A stretch of 64,000 bases of DNA from Mobula hypostoma (taxonomy: Eukaryota): contig NC_086097.1 in NCBI RefSeq assembly GCF_963921235.1, positions 178,438,001 through 178,502,000 on the forward strand, written 5' to 3'. Positions 1 to 13,700 of the stretch are shown here, piece after piece. Numbering within the stretch: the stretch's first letter is position 1; every line of letters starts with the position of its first letter. The position numbers and the translations under genes are program-made. The notes beneath the pieces were generated by a model. It saw only the letters and a program-made list of their open reading frames with translations. It did not search any database and had not been told where the DNA came from.

Positions 1-159
1 AAATTACAATAAGAAATAACATGAATAGATAGTGTAAAGGAAGAATAGTGAGGTAGTATTCATTGGTGCCTCTGACAGAGTTGGCTGAGTTTTCAGCATT
101 CGATTGCCTCTTAGGATTCTATGCATTGGAGCCTCCACACCAGCTCATGATGCAAAAAA

Positions 160-830
160 TTCAAAGTTCAAAATAAATTTATTATCAAAGTACGTATATG
201 TCACCACGTACAACCCTGCGGTTCATTTTCTTGTGGGCATACTCAATAAATCCATAATTGAGTAATAACTACAATAGAATCAATGGAAGACTGCACCAAC
301 TGGGTGTTCAATCAGTGTGCAAAAGACAACAAACTGTGCAAATACTAAAAGAAATAAATAATAATAATAATAAATAACTAAGCAATAACTATCAAGAACA
401 TGAGATGAAGAGTCTCCAAAAATGAGTTCATAGGTCATAAGAACATTTCAGTGATAGAGCAAGTGAAGTTGAGTGAGGTTGGTTGAAGAACCTAATGGTT
501 CAGAGGTATTAACTGGTGGTGTGAGTCCTGAGGCTCCTGTACCTTCTTGGTGGCGGATGAGAAAACAGAGCATGATCTCAGTGGTGGTGGTCCCTGTTGA
601 CGGATGCTGCTTTCTTATGAATTGCTCCATGTAGATGTGCTCAATGGTGGGAAGTCAGGATGCTCTCCACAGCACGTCTGTAGAAATATGCTAGAATCTT
701 TGGTGACATACCAAATCTCCTCAAAGTCTGAAGGAAATACAGCCTCTGATATGTCTTCTTAGTGGTTGCATCAATATGTTGGGCTCAGGATTGATCTCCT
801 GCGATGCTAACCCCTAGGAACTTGACCTCT
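160..830 (-). mobile_element. Rex1/Babar LINE 3' fragment
   Basis: Reverse complement of the (TTTGAAC)-type tail at 163-200 (caaagttcaaaataaatttattatcaaagtac). Decayed C-terminal coding sequence is shared with other Rex1 copies in the window. Confidence 0.75.
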
Positions 831-849
831 GCACATTCATTTGGCTATC

Positions 850-1265
850 TAAGAGCCCCTTGAACATCACTATTGTATTTGCCTTCATCGCCAGCCCTGA
901 CAGTGCATTCCAGGCACCTAACACTCTCTGTGTTGAAAAGATGCCCCATACTTCACCTTTGAACTTATTCCTGTCACATTACATGCATGACCTCCTATGC
1001 TTGACATTTCTATCCTGGAAAAAACAATTCTCTTTGTCTACTCTATGCCTTTCATAACTGTATGAACTTCTATTAGGTTTCTCCTCAATTTCTGACTCTA
1101 CAGAGAAAACATCTCAACTTTGTCCAATCATGTCCTCCAATTTAGGCAACATCTTGGTCAGCCTCTTCTGTATCTTCTTCAGAGCCACCCGATAGTTCGG
1201 AAAATCAGCTAATCAATCACCACGCCCAATCCAAGAGTGCTGGTTTAATAGAGTTTTACTGCTGA
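850..1265 (-). mobile_element. CR1 (HER1-like) LINE 3' fragment, decayed
   Basis: Colinear with the 3' region of the better-preserved CR1 copies at 8.2-8.7 kb and 46.0-46.5 kb. Confidence 0.6.
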
Positions 1266-1869
1266 TTGTTTAGTAAATGGGATGAAAGTAATTCTAGCTA
1301 TTCACAATCTACAAATGTTGCTTTTATGAAATAAATTCATTAACATGGACAAGCTTGAAATGAGGCACTGCACTATGTCTCCAGTGAAATTCTAAGTTTT
1401 CCGACCCATCTGACGCCAGCCTGTCTCAACCCCGCCCCCCTTCAGATCGATTGCTTCAGTCTTAATAAATATCATAGTCCCACACCAAGGAATTGATTTA
1501 TCTGCATTAAAACATATTTTAATACCTCCGGAATCCAAGAGGATTTCCTAGCAGGATATTTGAGTTGAAAGGCCTGTTCCGAGGATGTAAAGACAAATAA
1601 TTGACCCACAGGCATCTGGGGAATTTGCTCAGTTACTCTTGAATACAGGGAATAAGAAAGCTTGGATCCTGACTGTGTAGGATTGCCATCAAACCTCTGT
1701 CCTTTACTCAGTCTGAACTAGCTAACCAGGTTGATGACAGGGGACTGCTAATTTTTTAAAGATTTCTTTCCCATTCTTTTAAGATTTATTAGTGTCAAAA
1801 CAATTTTGCAAAACTGGCCTTTATTGTTGGTGCTTGAGAAGGGGACTAGTATAATAAATTTGTGTTGAT

Positions 1870-2483
1870 TCAGCATGTCACCAAAGCCTTCGATGAACTT
1901 TCATAGATGCGCATTGCTAACTAATTGCTTTATGTCCTTGTATGAAAACACCAATGCCCAGGAACAAAAAAGATGACAGAAGGTGATGGATACAGCCCAG
2001 TTCATCACAGGAAAAACCCTCCTCACCACTGAGTACATTTATATGGAGAGTTGCCACAAAGCATCCATCATCAAAGACCCCCACCATCCTGGCCATGCTC
2101 TCATCTCACTATTACCATCGACAGGAGGTACAGAAAATCGATTCCCACACTATCAGGTTCAGGAATAGTTAATTCCCTACAACCATCAGGCTCCTGGACC
2201 AAACTGGATAACTTCATTCACCACAGCTCTGAACTGATTCTACAAACTACAAAACTCACCTTCAGAGCTCTTTACAACTCGTGTTCTCAGTATCTTTTTT
2301 TTATTTGAACAGTTTGTCATCTTTTTCACAATCATTACTTTGTTCATGTATGTTTTTTCACATTCAATTACAGTTCTTTATGTTTCCTATAAATGCCTGC
2401 AAGAAATTGAATCTCAAATTTGTATTTGGTAGCATATAGTACATACTTTGATAACAAGTTTACTTTTTACTTTGAACTTTGAA
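1870..2483 (+). mobile_element. Rex1/Babar LINE 3' fragment
   Basis: ORF 1983-2168 (KASIIKDPHHPGHAL, the Rex1 C-terminal motif). Ends in tactttgaactttgaa. Confidence 0.8.
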
Positions 2484-2829
2484 GGAATTGCCCCTCAGGT
2501 TCCTATTAAATATCTCTCCCCTCTCATCTTAATCCTATGCCTCCTAGTTCTTGATTGCCCAACCCTAGGAAAAAGACTGTGTGCACTCCCCCTATCTATA
2601 CCGCTCATTATCTTTAACCACTAATACCTTTCTCAGGGCAGACAATGGCAGATCATGAATTGTCCTTGCCTTTGCTTGCCTATGTGTGATTCCTGGCCCA
2701 CCAACATCATTAACAGTTAGCCATTGAGCCATTCAGTTCTATAAGTGATGGATTTCCCGGTGATGGATTATGTCCTGTGAGTGAATCAACAGGTAAAGCA
2801 CTCACATTTGGAGATATGCATTCATGTCT

Positions 2830-3245
2830 AGTCACCTCATTATAGGAAGGATGTGATGCTTTGGAAAGGGTGCAGGGGAGATTTACCAGGATGCAACCTG
2901 GATTAAAGAGCATGTGCTATAAGGAGAGGTTCAATAAATCTGGGTTGTTTTCTGTGAAGCATCGGAGTATGAGGTGAGACCTGATAAAAGTTTATAAGGT
3001 TATGAGGGATATAGACAGAGTATACAGTCAGTATCTTTTTCCTAGGGTCAAATTTTCTAATAGCAAAGAGCATGAATTTAAGGTAAGAGGAAGAAAGTTC
3101 AAAGGAGATGTGCGGGATATGTTATTACACAGAGAGTGATGGGTGTCTGCAATGCATTGCCTGAGGGGGTGGTTGAAGCATTGAAAAGGCTGTTCAATAG
3201 GCACATGAATGTGCAGAGGATGGAGGAAATGAGCATTCTGTAGGT
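2830..3245 (+). mobile_element. CR1 LINE 3' fragment
   Basis: Reads KGCDALERVQGRFTRMQPGLKSMCYKERFNKSGL, matching the CR1 ORF2 C-terminus (ERVQRRFTRM motif). Confidence 0.75.
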
Positions 3246-3599
3246 AAAAGGAATTACTCCAGTCAGGCATTTAGTTACTTGTTTAATTAGTTTGGTCTTT
3301 CCTGCACTTCCAATTATTCTAGTCATTGACCAGGGTATTTCAATATTGCAGGTCCCCTTGCTGAGTTAAGTGATATTTCCAAGTGATATTTCCAAGTGAA
3401 GTATCCAGACTTTTAAAAGAAGACCATGATTCCACATTGCTCACATTTTTAATCTTCCACAGCAGGTTCCAAAGCAACCAATTGACAACTGCTAATCGTA
3501 AATGTTGTTCAAAGTCAATGTATGTATCCTAGGGAGTTCACAGATGAGGTGATCAAGGACTTGATGTCAAGTTAGAGGTTGGTCCATTTGTAAAATTAA

Positions 3600-4770
3600 A
3601 ACCCAACATAAAGCCAACCCAATACCGGTCAGTTTTTAACTAAAATAACTTCGGTCAAAACCAATTTGACCCAACTCTGACTATTCTCAACTTGACCTAA
3701 CTTGGATCAGCAACTCTCATTAATCCCAACCCAATCCAACCCAACTTCCACCAACGCCACCCAATCCCAACTCAACCAAATTCCAGCTAATCCTAATTTA
3801 GCCCAACATCATCCGCTCTATTTCTGATCAGTCACAACTTGAACAAATCATTACCAATCCTAATTTAACCCAACCAATGTCAATCATGGCCCAGTCCAAT
3901 GCCATCACAACTCAAACAATTTTTCCCAGTGCCAACACAACCCTGCTCTGTCTCATCACAAATCGGCTTAACCCTGACAACTATCAATCTGACACAGTCC
4001 TGCTCAACCCAAACCTAGTGCAGCTCTATCCAATCCCAATTTGATCCAACCCCACCTAATTCTCACACAGATAATTCCTTGCCAGTTCCAACTTGATCTC
4101 ATTTTTCCAGAATGAGAGGTCACAGTTTGAGGATAAAGGGGAAGCCTTTTAGGACTGAGATGAGGAAAAACTTCTTCACACAGAGAGTGGTGAATCTGTG
4201 GAATTCTCTGCCACAGGAAACAGTTGAGGCCAGTTCATTGGCTATATTTAAGAGGGAGTTAGATATGGACCTTGTGGCTAAAGGGATCGGGGGTATGGAG
4301 ATAAGGCAGGTACAGGGTTCTGAGTTGGATAATCAGCCATGATCGTACTGAATGGCGGTGCAGGCTCGAAGGGCCGAATGGCCTACTCCTGTAACTATTT
4401 TCTATGTTTCTATGTTTTCTGATCACTTACTCAACCCAATTGACGTCAATACCAATCCAATCGAACACAAGCAATTTCAACTCAATTCTACTCAACCCTG
4501 GCCAACCCCAATTTAATCCAACCCTGTTTAGTCTTAGTTGGACCCAACCCTGTTTCTCCACAGACTAACCCTAACCAGATTAGTTCCAACCTGACCTAAC
4601 CCTGCGCAGTGTCAACATGATGTAATCCTAGCCAATCACAATCTGACCCAACACCAGCCGATTCCATCTCAACCTAACCCTAGTCAGTCACATTGTGACC
4701 AAACCCAACCCAATCCCATCTCAACCCAACTCAATCCTAACCTGACCTAACTCCAATTATTCTAACCCAA
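3600..4770. repeat. Degenerate CCAAC/CCAAT-rich minisatellite-like tract, interrupted by a CR1 3' end
   Basis: Recurrent cccaac, ccaat, cctaac and ttgac words with strong C+A strand bias on both sides of 4108-4420. Confidence 0.6.
4108..4420 (+). mobile_element. CR1/HER1 LINE 3' end, well preserved
   Basis: ORF MRGHSLRIKGKPFRTEMRKNFFTQRVVNLWNSLP. 3' UTR gaagggccgaatggcctactcctg followed by a (tttctatg)n tail. Confidence 0.9.
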
Positions 4771-5479
4771 GACAGAGGACCTGCCATCCTCTCCACACCC
4801 AGATGACTGGGAGATGTTTGTCTGAACACTATAACCATGTTTGTCTAAACACTATTCTGACATCCAGGCCTTCACTCCTTTCTCAGAATCACATCTATCA
4901 TTGACATCAAGGTCAACTTGATTAACATTAACTCTTGAGAATCGCCTTCCATTACATTAAGTCTCTCATTCTTCTTCCTCACTAGGTGTTGGCCCCATCC
5001 ACCCTGCATTGTGTGCACTACGCTGGGCAGTGCACTAAGGTGGCCTGATCTGGTCCAAATGGCTGCATCTCACTCAACCTAGAGACATTTTGAGCAAAGC
5101 AGAACCAGAGACTGGCTTCACAGTAGGTCAATAAGGAACAGATGGCGTGTGTGATGATATTGAGCACATCGTCCTGACCTGGATATATGGAGGACCATCC
5201 CTACCCAACGTTATCTGATCCAAATGTCCTATCAAGACTCTGCATCCCATCCTACCAGAACCAAATATATCAGAAATAAGCCAGGAACCAGGCTGACACT
5301 GAGTAAATAAGAGTATATCAACATATTTGGTTGAAGGAATTGGTTTTAATGAACATTTTAGAGTGCGGAAGAGTATTGGAAAGGTTTAGAGGATAGCTCC
5401 AGAGCTCAGGATGTTGTTATCCAGACGGATAGTTACCAGTAGTGGAGTAGTCATTGTTAGGGATGATCAAGGTAAATTG

Positions 5480-6410
5480 CTAAATTGATAAATTGGTTTA
5501 TTATTTTTGCATGTACTGAGGCACAGTAAAAATCTTTGTTTAGCATACTAATAATACAGATCATTTCATAACCTCAGTGCATTGAGATAGCACAAACCAA
5601 AACAATAACAGAATGCAGAATAAAGTGTAACAGTTGCAGCAAATGTGCAGTGACAACAAGGTGCAAGGCCATAGCAAGATAGATAGTGAGGTCAAGAGTC
5701 TGTCTTAACACACAGGATGTCTGTTCACTGGTCATGTAACAGTGAGCCAGAAGCTGTCCTTTAGCCTGATAGTATGTGCTTTCAGACTTTTGTTCATTGG
5801 GAATTTTCTGCTTGATGGGAGGGGGAGAAGAGGGAATGTTTGGGGTGCATGGGGTCTCTGACTATCCTGGCTGTTTTACTAAGATAGTGAGAAGTGTAGA
5901 CAGAGTCTATGGAGGAGAGGCTGATTTCCAAGATGTGTTGAACTGTGTTCATAACTCTCTGCAGCCTCTTGCAGTTACCATACCAAGCTGTGATGCATCC
6001 AGATAGGATGCTTTCCATGGTACATCAAGGGGAGCATGACAAATTTCATTGGCCACCTGGGAAAATGGAAGCACTGGCGAGCTTCCTTGGTCATAGCATC
6101 TTCGTGGTTGGATCAGGACAGACCATTGGTGACGTTCACTCCAAGGGACATAAAGTTTTAACTCTCTTTGTCATTAGCCCCATTGGTGTAAACAGGAGCA
6201 TGTGTACTGACCTCATCCCATTGAAGTCAATGGTCATCTCTCTTGTTTTGCTGACACTAGGGGAAAGGCTGTTGCCAAGACACCCTTCTATCTCCTTCCT
6301 GGACTGTAACTGATCACTATTTGAGAAATGTCCCACCATGGCATTATCATCTACAATCCTGTATATGGAGTTAAAACAGAATCTGATCACAGTCATGAGT
6401 GTATCAGGAA
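5480..6410 (-). mobile_element. Rex1/Babar LINE 3' fragment
   Basis: Minus ORFs ESILSGCITAWYGNC and LSPSVSKTREMTIDF. Tail aaattggtttattatt at about 5490. Confidence 0.8.
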
Positions 6411-7309
6411 TAGTGTTGTTTAAGAATGCAGAGACCATAGGATGTAAACAGAGCCAGAGGAAGCTGAGAAGATAAGGAGAGGGGTTGGGATCAGACAACT
6501 GGAGAAAATGGAACACAAAAATGACAATTGTGACATGATACAATGCTTTGTATGATAATTGAGAGGACTGTGGCAGGACTCAATATTAAAACAACTCTTC
6601 CCAGCTTAAAGGTACAGTTAAATCCAATTGCTGTGGGCAATTGACAGACATTGTGGACTCTTATGGATGTGTATTGTCAGATTGATAATTGATGGTCTTG
6701 TCGATAGTTTCATCAATGGAGCTAACAATCTTTCAAAGGAAGTGGTGGTAAAGATGCAAAAGAATATTTTCAGGATGATTGACATATTTGGAGAAGATCA
6801 GATGGACAGTTCTGTTGTTGTTTCTGTGTGATGAAAGATATTAGTTCTGGAATTAGGACTTTACCTGATTCCGTGTTACATGTTCCCAGGTCAGGAAATG
6901 TAGATTTGTAAACTGGTTTATTATGAATAAGTGTACCAAAGTACAGTGACAATAATATAAACCAATTACCACATGGAATTATATATAGTAACAATAAACT
7001 CTGATAACCTGCCACCTAATTATTTGGAAATCTCTATGGTTCAACATCCGGCTTACAAAGTAATAGCACTACATTCCCTTTCCACATACTGAGGCCCCGG
7101 TTCCTGTTTCCTCGCTAAAGGCTGTACACGATGGTCCCTTTTTCTGAATTCAGGCCCTGTAACTTCTGCCTCAGAATCTTGGATGTTTCAATAAAGTCAC
7201 TCAGTTCTAACTTATCATTCTTCATAAGTCAACCCCTTCAAACCAATATCTAAAATGAAGAATGTTGAAAATACTTAGCAGATCAGGCAACTTCAACCCA
7301 ATGAATAGG

Positions 7310-8185
7310 ATCATGAGAGGCTGCAGACGGTTGTAGACTTAGCCAGCTCCATCACAGGCTCAACCCTCCCCACCTTCGATGACATCATCAAGAGGCAGGG
7401 CCTTGAAGTCAGCATCCATCACTGAGGGCCCTCACCGTCTGGTACAAGCACGCTTTTTATTACTACCATTAGGGAGGAGGTACGGAAGCCTGAAGATGAT
7501 TCAGAAGCAGCTTCTTCCCATCTGACATCGGATTTCTGGAAGTTCCATGAACATGGCTTCATTATGCATTGGAGGATCAGTGGTGGAGAGGGTTAGCAAC
7601 TTTAAAATCCTCAGTGCTACGATTTTGGAGGACCTGTCTTGGGCCCAGCACGTAGGTACAATTACGAAGAAAGCATGGCAGCACCTTTACTTCCTTAGGT
7701 GTTTGCCGAGAATTGGCATGACATCTAAAACTTTGACAAGCTTCTATAGATGTGGAGTGGAGAGTATATTGACTGTCTGCATCACAGCCTACTATGGAAA
7801 CACCAATGGCCTTGAATGGAAAATTTTACAAAAAGTAGTGGATTCAGCCCTGTACATCATGGGTAAAGCCCTCCCAACCATTGAACACACCTACATAAAA
7901 CACTGTTGTAGGAAAGCAGCATCCATCATTACAATCCCCACCACCCAGGTCATGCTTTCTTCTCGCTGCTGCCATCAGGTAGAAGATGCAAGAGCCTCAG
8001 GATTCGCAACACCAGGTTCAAGAACAGTTGCTACCCCACAACCATCAGGCCCTTGAACAAAAGGGGATGACTACACTCAACTTCATTTGCCCCACCATTG
8101 AAATGTTCCTACAACAAATGTTCTTACTGCCAAGGACTCTTATCTCATTATCTTATGTTCTCATTATTTATTGCTATTTATTTAT
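7310..8185 (+). mobile_element. Rex1/Babar LINE fragments (two adjacent pieces); the second continues at 12311
   Basis: ORF 7547-8056 reads VERVSNFKILS...ESILTVCITAYYGN...KAASII. Confidence 0.85.
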
Positions 8186-8499
8186 AGAACCGAGAACATA
8201 GACAGAGAAAACTACAGCACATTGCAGGCTCTTCAGCCCACATTGCTGTGCTGACCATGTAACCTGCTCGAGAAACTGCCTAGAATTTCCCTACTACTAT
8301 TTTTCTAAGCTCCATGTACCTAACTAAGAGTCTCTTAGAAGACCCTATTATATCCACCTCTACCACATTCACTGGCAGTGCATTCCATGCATCCACCACT
8401 CAAGGGCCATTTCAATCCTTGGAAAAACCCTTTGTTTATCCACATGATCAAAGCTTCTCATTATCTTATACACCTCTGTCAGGTCACCTCTCATCCTTC

Positions 8500-10930
8500 A
8501 TCACTCTAAAGAGAAAAGGCCAAGTTTACTCAACTTATTCTCATAAGGCACGCTCTCCAATCCAGGCAACATCTTTGTAAATCTCCTCTGCACTCTCTCT
8601 ATAGTATCCACATCCTTCCTGTAGTGAGGTGACAGGAACTGAACACAGTACTCCAAGTGGGGTCTAACTAAGGTGTTATATAGCTTTAACATTACCTCAT
8701 GGCTCTTGAACGCAGTCCCACGGTGGATGAAGGCCAACACACTATGCACCTTCTTAACACTGTCAGCCTGCGCAGCAGCCTTGAGTGTCCCATGGACACG
8801 GACTCCAAGATCTCGTTGATCCTCCACGCAGGCAAAAGCCTTACCATTGATATTATATTCTGTCTTCAAATTTGACCTACCAAAATGAACCACTTCACAT
8901 TTATCTGGGTTGAACTCCATCTGCCACTTCTCAGTCCAGTTCTGCATAATATCGATGTCCCGCTGTAACCTCTGACAACCCTCTAGGCGATCCTCAACAC
9001 CCCAACTTTTGTGTCATCAGCAAACTTACTAACCCACCCTTCTACTCCTCATCCAGGTCATTTCTAAAAATCACAAAGAGGACAGTTTCAGAACAGATCC
9101 CTGCGGAACACCACTAGTCGCCATCGTCCATGCAGAATATGAATCATCGACAACCACCTTTTGCCTTCTGAGGGCAAGCCAATTCTGATCCACAAAGCAA
9201 GGTCTCCTTGGATCCCATGCCTCATTACTTTCTGAATGAGCCTTGAATAGGGAACCTTATCAAGTGCCTTACTGAAATTCATATACACAACATCCATTGC
9301 TCTACCTTCATTAATGTGTTTTGTTACATCCTCAAATAATTCATTTAGGCTTGTAAGACCCGTGCTGACTATCCCTAATGAGATTATGCCTGTCCAACTG
9401 CTTATAAATCCTGCCTCTCAGGATCTTCTCCAACAACTTGCCCACCACTGAAGGAAGACTCACTGGTCTGTAATTTCCTGGGTTATCTCTACTCCCTTTC
9501 TTGAATAAGGGAAAAACATTTGCAACCTTCCAATCCTCTCATACTTCTCCAGTCCCTATTGATGATGCAAAGATCATCGCCAAAAGCTCAGCAATCTTGC
9601 TTCCTACAGTAGCCTGGTGTTTATCTCATCTGGTCCCAGTGACTTATGTAACTTAATACCTTTCAAAAGCTCCACGCTCAACCACTTCAGTCTACTGTAA
9701 GTCCTCACCACAATTGCCAAGGTCCTTTTCACTGGTGAATAGTAAAGCAAGGTATTCATTAAGTACCTCTGCTATCTCCTCTGACTCCATGCTCATGTTT
9801 CCACTATCGTTCCTGATTGGTCCTACTCTCATATGGCTCATCCTCTTGCTCTTCACAAACTTGTAGAATTTGTAGAAAACCTTGGGGTTTTCCTTAATCC
9901 TGCTCACCAAGGCCTTCTCATGGCCCCTTCTAGCTCTCCTAATTTCATTCTTGAGCTCCTTCCTGGCATCCTTGTAATTTTCTAGAGTTCTAACAGTACC
10001 TAGTTTCTTGAACCTTTCGTAAACTTTTCTTTATCTTCTTAACTAGATCATCTACATCCTTTGTACACCATGGTTCTTTTACCCTACCATCCTTTCCCTG
10101 CCTCAGTGGACATACCTATGCAAATGTTCCCTGAACATTTGCCACATTTCTGCCGTGCATTTCCCTGAGAACATCTGCTCCTAATTTATGGTCCCAAGTT
10201 CCTGCCTAATAGCATCATATTTCTCCCTACCCTAATGAAACGTTTTCCCAAATTGTCTGCTCCTATCGCTTTCCGGCACTATGGTAAAGGAGATGGAGCT
10301 GTGATCACTCTATCCCACCAGGAGATCTGACACCTGACCAGGTTCATTTCCCAATACCAGATCAAGTGCAGCCTCTCCTCCAGTTGGCTTTTCTACATAT
10401 TGCACCAGGAAACCTTCCTGAACACACCTCACAGACCCGACTCTATCCAAGCCTCTTGCTCTAAGGAGATGCCAGTCAATGTTAGGAAAGTTAAAATCAC
10501 CCACCACAACAACCTATATTATTGCACCGTTCCAGAATCTGCCTCACTATCTGCTCCTCGATGTCTCTGTTACTATTGGGGGTCTATAAAAAACACCAAG
10601 TAGAGTTATCCTGATCCTGACTTCACCCACAATGACTCAGTAGACCATCCCTCCATGACTTCCTCCTTTTCTACAGCCTTGATACTATCCCTGATTAGCA
10701 ATACACTCCCCCAACCTCTTTTGCCTTCCTCCCTGTCCTTCTTGAAACATCTAAAGCCCAGCACACTTAAGCAGCCATTCCTGCCCCTGAGACATTCAAG
10801 TCTCTGTAATGGCCACAACATCACAGGTCCACATATTGATCCATACTCTAAGTTCATCCACCTTGTTTATGATACTCCTTACATTAAAATAAATGTATCT
10901 TAAACCATCTGGCTGAGTGCATCTTTGCTC
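8500..10930 (-). pseudogene. CR1 ORF2 remnant (APE endonuclease and reverse transcriptase)
   Basis: YFNVRSI, DVVAITET, VGDFNFPNIDW, DVVYMNFSKALDKVP, WQMEFNPDKC, RPHLEYCVQF. Multiple frameshifts and stops. Confidence 0.9.
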
Positions 10931-11039
10931 TATTGTCTGCTTATCCTTCCTTACAATCTCCCTACAAGTTGCCTCTACTTGTGCACCAACCAGCCCATTA
11001 TCTGCCTCTTCACTTTGGTTCCCACCCCCCCCCCCCGCA

Positions 11040-11983
11040 AATCTAGTTGAAACCCTCCCCAATAGCATTAGCAATCCTCCCTCTCAGCGTATTGGTTCCT
11101 CTCCAGTTCAGATGCGACCTGTCCCACTTGTACAGGCCACCCCTTCCCCAGAAAAGGTTCCAATAATCTAGAACTTGAAACCCTGCACCCTGCATCATTT
11201 CCTCATCCACTCATTCATCTGTGCTATATTCCTGTTCTGACTTTCCCTAGCTTGTGGCACCAGGAGTAATCCAGAGATGACCACCTTGGAGGTCCCGCTC
11301 TTCAGCCTCCTTCCTAACTCCCTGAACTTGCTACCCCTCTCCTGCCTATGTCAATGGTGCCAACATGTACCATGACATCTGGCTGCTCACCCTCCCCTTC
11401 AAGCATATTCTGCAACCGTTCAGAGACATCCTGGACCCGAGCAGTCAGGAGGCAACATACTATCCTGGCATCACTTTTGCTGCCACAGAATCTCCTATCT
11501 GTCCCCCTAACTACTGCGTCCCCTGTGGCTATTACTCTACCTGATGTCACCCTACCCTTCTGAGGCTCAGAGCCAACCACAGTGCTATTGGTCTGGCTGC
11601 TGCTGCTTTGCTCAGATAGGTCATCCCACTCATCAGTATCCAAAGGGGTATTCCTGTTGCTGAGGGGAATGGCCACAGAGGGACCCTGCGTTGACTTCTT
11701 TCTCCCTTTACCTCTCTGTGTTCACCCACCTTCTCCCCAAATTCTGCACTCTGGGTGTAATCACCTACTCAAAAGTCGTATCTATCAATTGCACTGCTTC
11801 CCAGATGATCCTTAATTCATCCGACTCCAGCTCCAGCTCCTTGATGTGGTCTTTCAGGAGCTGGAGCTGGCTGCATGTCCTGCAGGTGTAGTCATCAGGG
11901 AGACTATCAGGTTTCACGAATTCCCACATCCTACAGGAGGAGCATTCCTCTGCCATATCTGCCATCCTGCCTGCACTATACAA
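11040..11983 (-). pseudogene. CR1 ORF1 remnant (CxxC-CxxC finger, coiled coil, SGNH esterase-like domain)
   Basis: ECSSCRMWEF...YTCRTCSQLQLLKDHIKELE; RVIATGDAVVRGTDRRFCG...DVMVHVGTIDIG. Frameshifted. Confidence 0.85.
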
Positions 11984-12310
11984 TGGGCAACCAAGCCCAA
12001 ATCAGCAATAACGAAAGGAAAAGGAAAAACTAATCCTTTAACCTGTTTCCTTAGCCTCAGCCTCTTCTCATTGAAGCCTCGAGTGAAAGCATGACACTCC
12101 TACTCTCACAGCTGGCCTACTCCCAACAATGGCCGCCCCGCTTGTCCCTTCTGTACTTTTATTTAGTTGGCAGTGGTCTGCTCCCTCTGCTGATCGGGCC
12201 TCTGGAACGTCTGAATGCCGCGAAGCTCTCCTTTTATGCAAGCTTCGCCGACCTGCAAGTAACCTCGTTGAAGTGTTCTGCTCCCTCCGCTGACTGGGCC
12301 TCCGGAATCA

Positions 12311-12492
12311 ATCTTATTTGCACTTGCACAGTTTGTTGTCTTCTGCACTCTGGTTGATCTTTCATTGATCCTGTTATAGTTACTATTCTACAGGTTTGTT
12401 GAGTATGCCTACAAGAAAATGAATCTCAGGACTGTATATGGTGACATATATGTACTTTGATAATAAAATTACTTTAGAACTTTGAAATTTGA
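12311..12492 (+). mobile_element. Remaining 3' UTR and tail of the Rex1 copy split by the CR1
   Basis: Runs atttgcacttgcacagtttg...gtactttgataataaaattactttagaactttga, continuing from tattgctatttatttat at about 8170-8185. Confidence 0.8.
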
Positions 12493-12679
12493 ATTCTACT
12501 GCTGCAAAGCAACAAATTTCATGTCAAAAAAGTCAGTGATAATAAATCTAATTCATATTCTGATTCTTGCCACTCTCCACAGTCCCAGCTCCCATTCTCC
12601 CTCTACTTAGCTAGTTTACTGGAAAATGTACTGAGCAACGGCATGACAATTTAAAAAAAACAAGTACATTAGAAGAGTG

Positions 12680-12795
12680 AACACGAGAGATGCTGGAAAA
12701 CCAAGGCAACACAGACAAAATGCTGGAGGAACTCAGACAGCATCTCACTGAATAAAATGAATAAACAGTCAATGTTTCAGGCTGAGACCCTTCTA
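12680..12795 (-). mobile_element. PLE terminal-repeat fragment with decayed hammerhead
   Basis: Reverse complement reads agaagggtctcagcctgaaacattgactg...ctgagttcctccagcattttg, the same family as 35250-35385. Confidence 0.65.
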
Positions 12796-13199
12796 CAACT
12801 AAAAGAAATAACATCAAATAGTCTGGAAAATCTGCCAGTCCCACCAAAGTCCCGAGTATGCCGGATTATTAGTCCTACTGTACCTGGCTTGGTGATTGTT
12901 CTGTTGTACCTTTCTGGCACTGATTCTCGGGACGAAAGCATTGACTTATGAGGAATGGTTGATCAGGGAAGTTCAGAAGGCTGACCTAAGATTGCAGGGG
13001 CATTGACAAGGTTGTTGCTGAAAAGTTGTTTTGCCTTGCTAGAAGGAAGTGGGATGGGATCTAGTGTGCTCTGTCTCGGGGTAAGGAGTCAAGGAGTCAG
13101 GATTGAGAGAAGAAATTCCTTTATCCAGAACGTGCAATGCTCTGTTCTCAAGGGCGGTGCTCAGTCACTGAGTAAAATCAACTTGTCAACACAAAGGGT

Positions 13200-13700
13200 A
13201 TTGGTAGTGCAGTTGGTTGATTATTGTTACATGTACAAAATACAATGAAAAGCTTTTGTTTGTGTGCCAAGCTGACAGATCATTCCATACATCATTACAT
13301 CGAGGCAGTACAAAAGGGAAAAACAAGAAAAATGCAAAATAAAGTGTTCCAGTTACAGAGACAGTGCAGCTCAGGTAAAGCGCAAGGCACACAATGAGGT
13401 AGGTTGGAGGACAAGAGCTCACCTCTTAGCATATGAGAAGTCCACTCTGAGTCTAATAACAACAGTTGAGAAACTGTCTTTGATTCTGATGGTACATCTA
13501 TGCAAGCTTGTGCATCTTCTCCCCGACAGGACGGGTGAGGTTCCTGATTACGTTGGCTGCTTTTCTGAGCAGCGGCAAGTGAAGATGGTCAGTGGAGGGG
13601 AGGCTGGTTTGCATGATGGACTGGGCTGTGTCCACAACTCACTGCAATTTCTTGTAATCTTGGGCAGGGCAGTTGATGTATCAAGCTGTGATGCATCTGG
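13200..13700 (-). mobile_element. Rex1/Babar LINE 3' fragment
   Basis: Same tail and 3' UTR family as 5480-6000 and 19495-20075. Confidence 0.7.

Larger units (their letters stand above)
8186..12310 (-). mobile_element. Nearly full-length, inactivated CR1 LINE (5' UTR, ORF1, ORF2, tail) inserted in a Rex1 3' UTR
   Basis: Ordered ORF fragments: ORF1 zinc finger, esterase, APE endonuclease, RT and C-terminus. Tail agaaccgagaacatag at 8186. Host Rex1 sequence lies on both sides. Confidence 0.9.
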
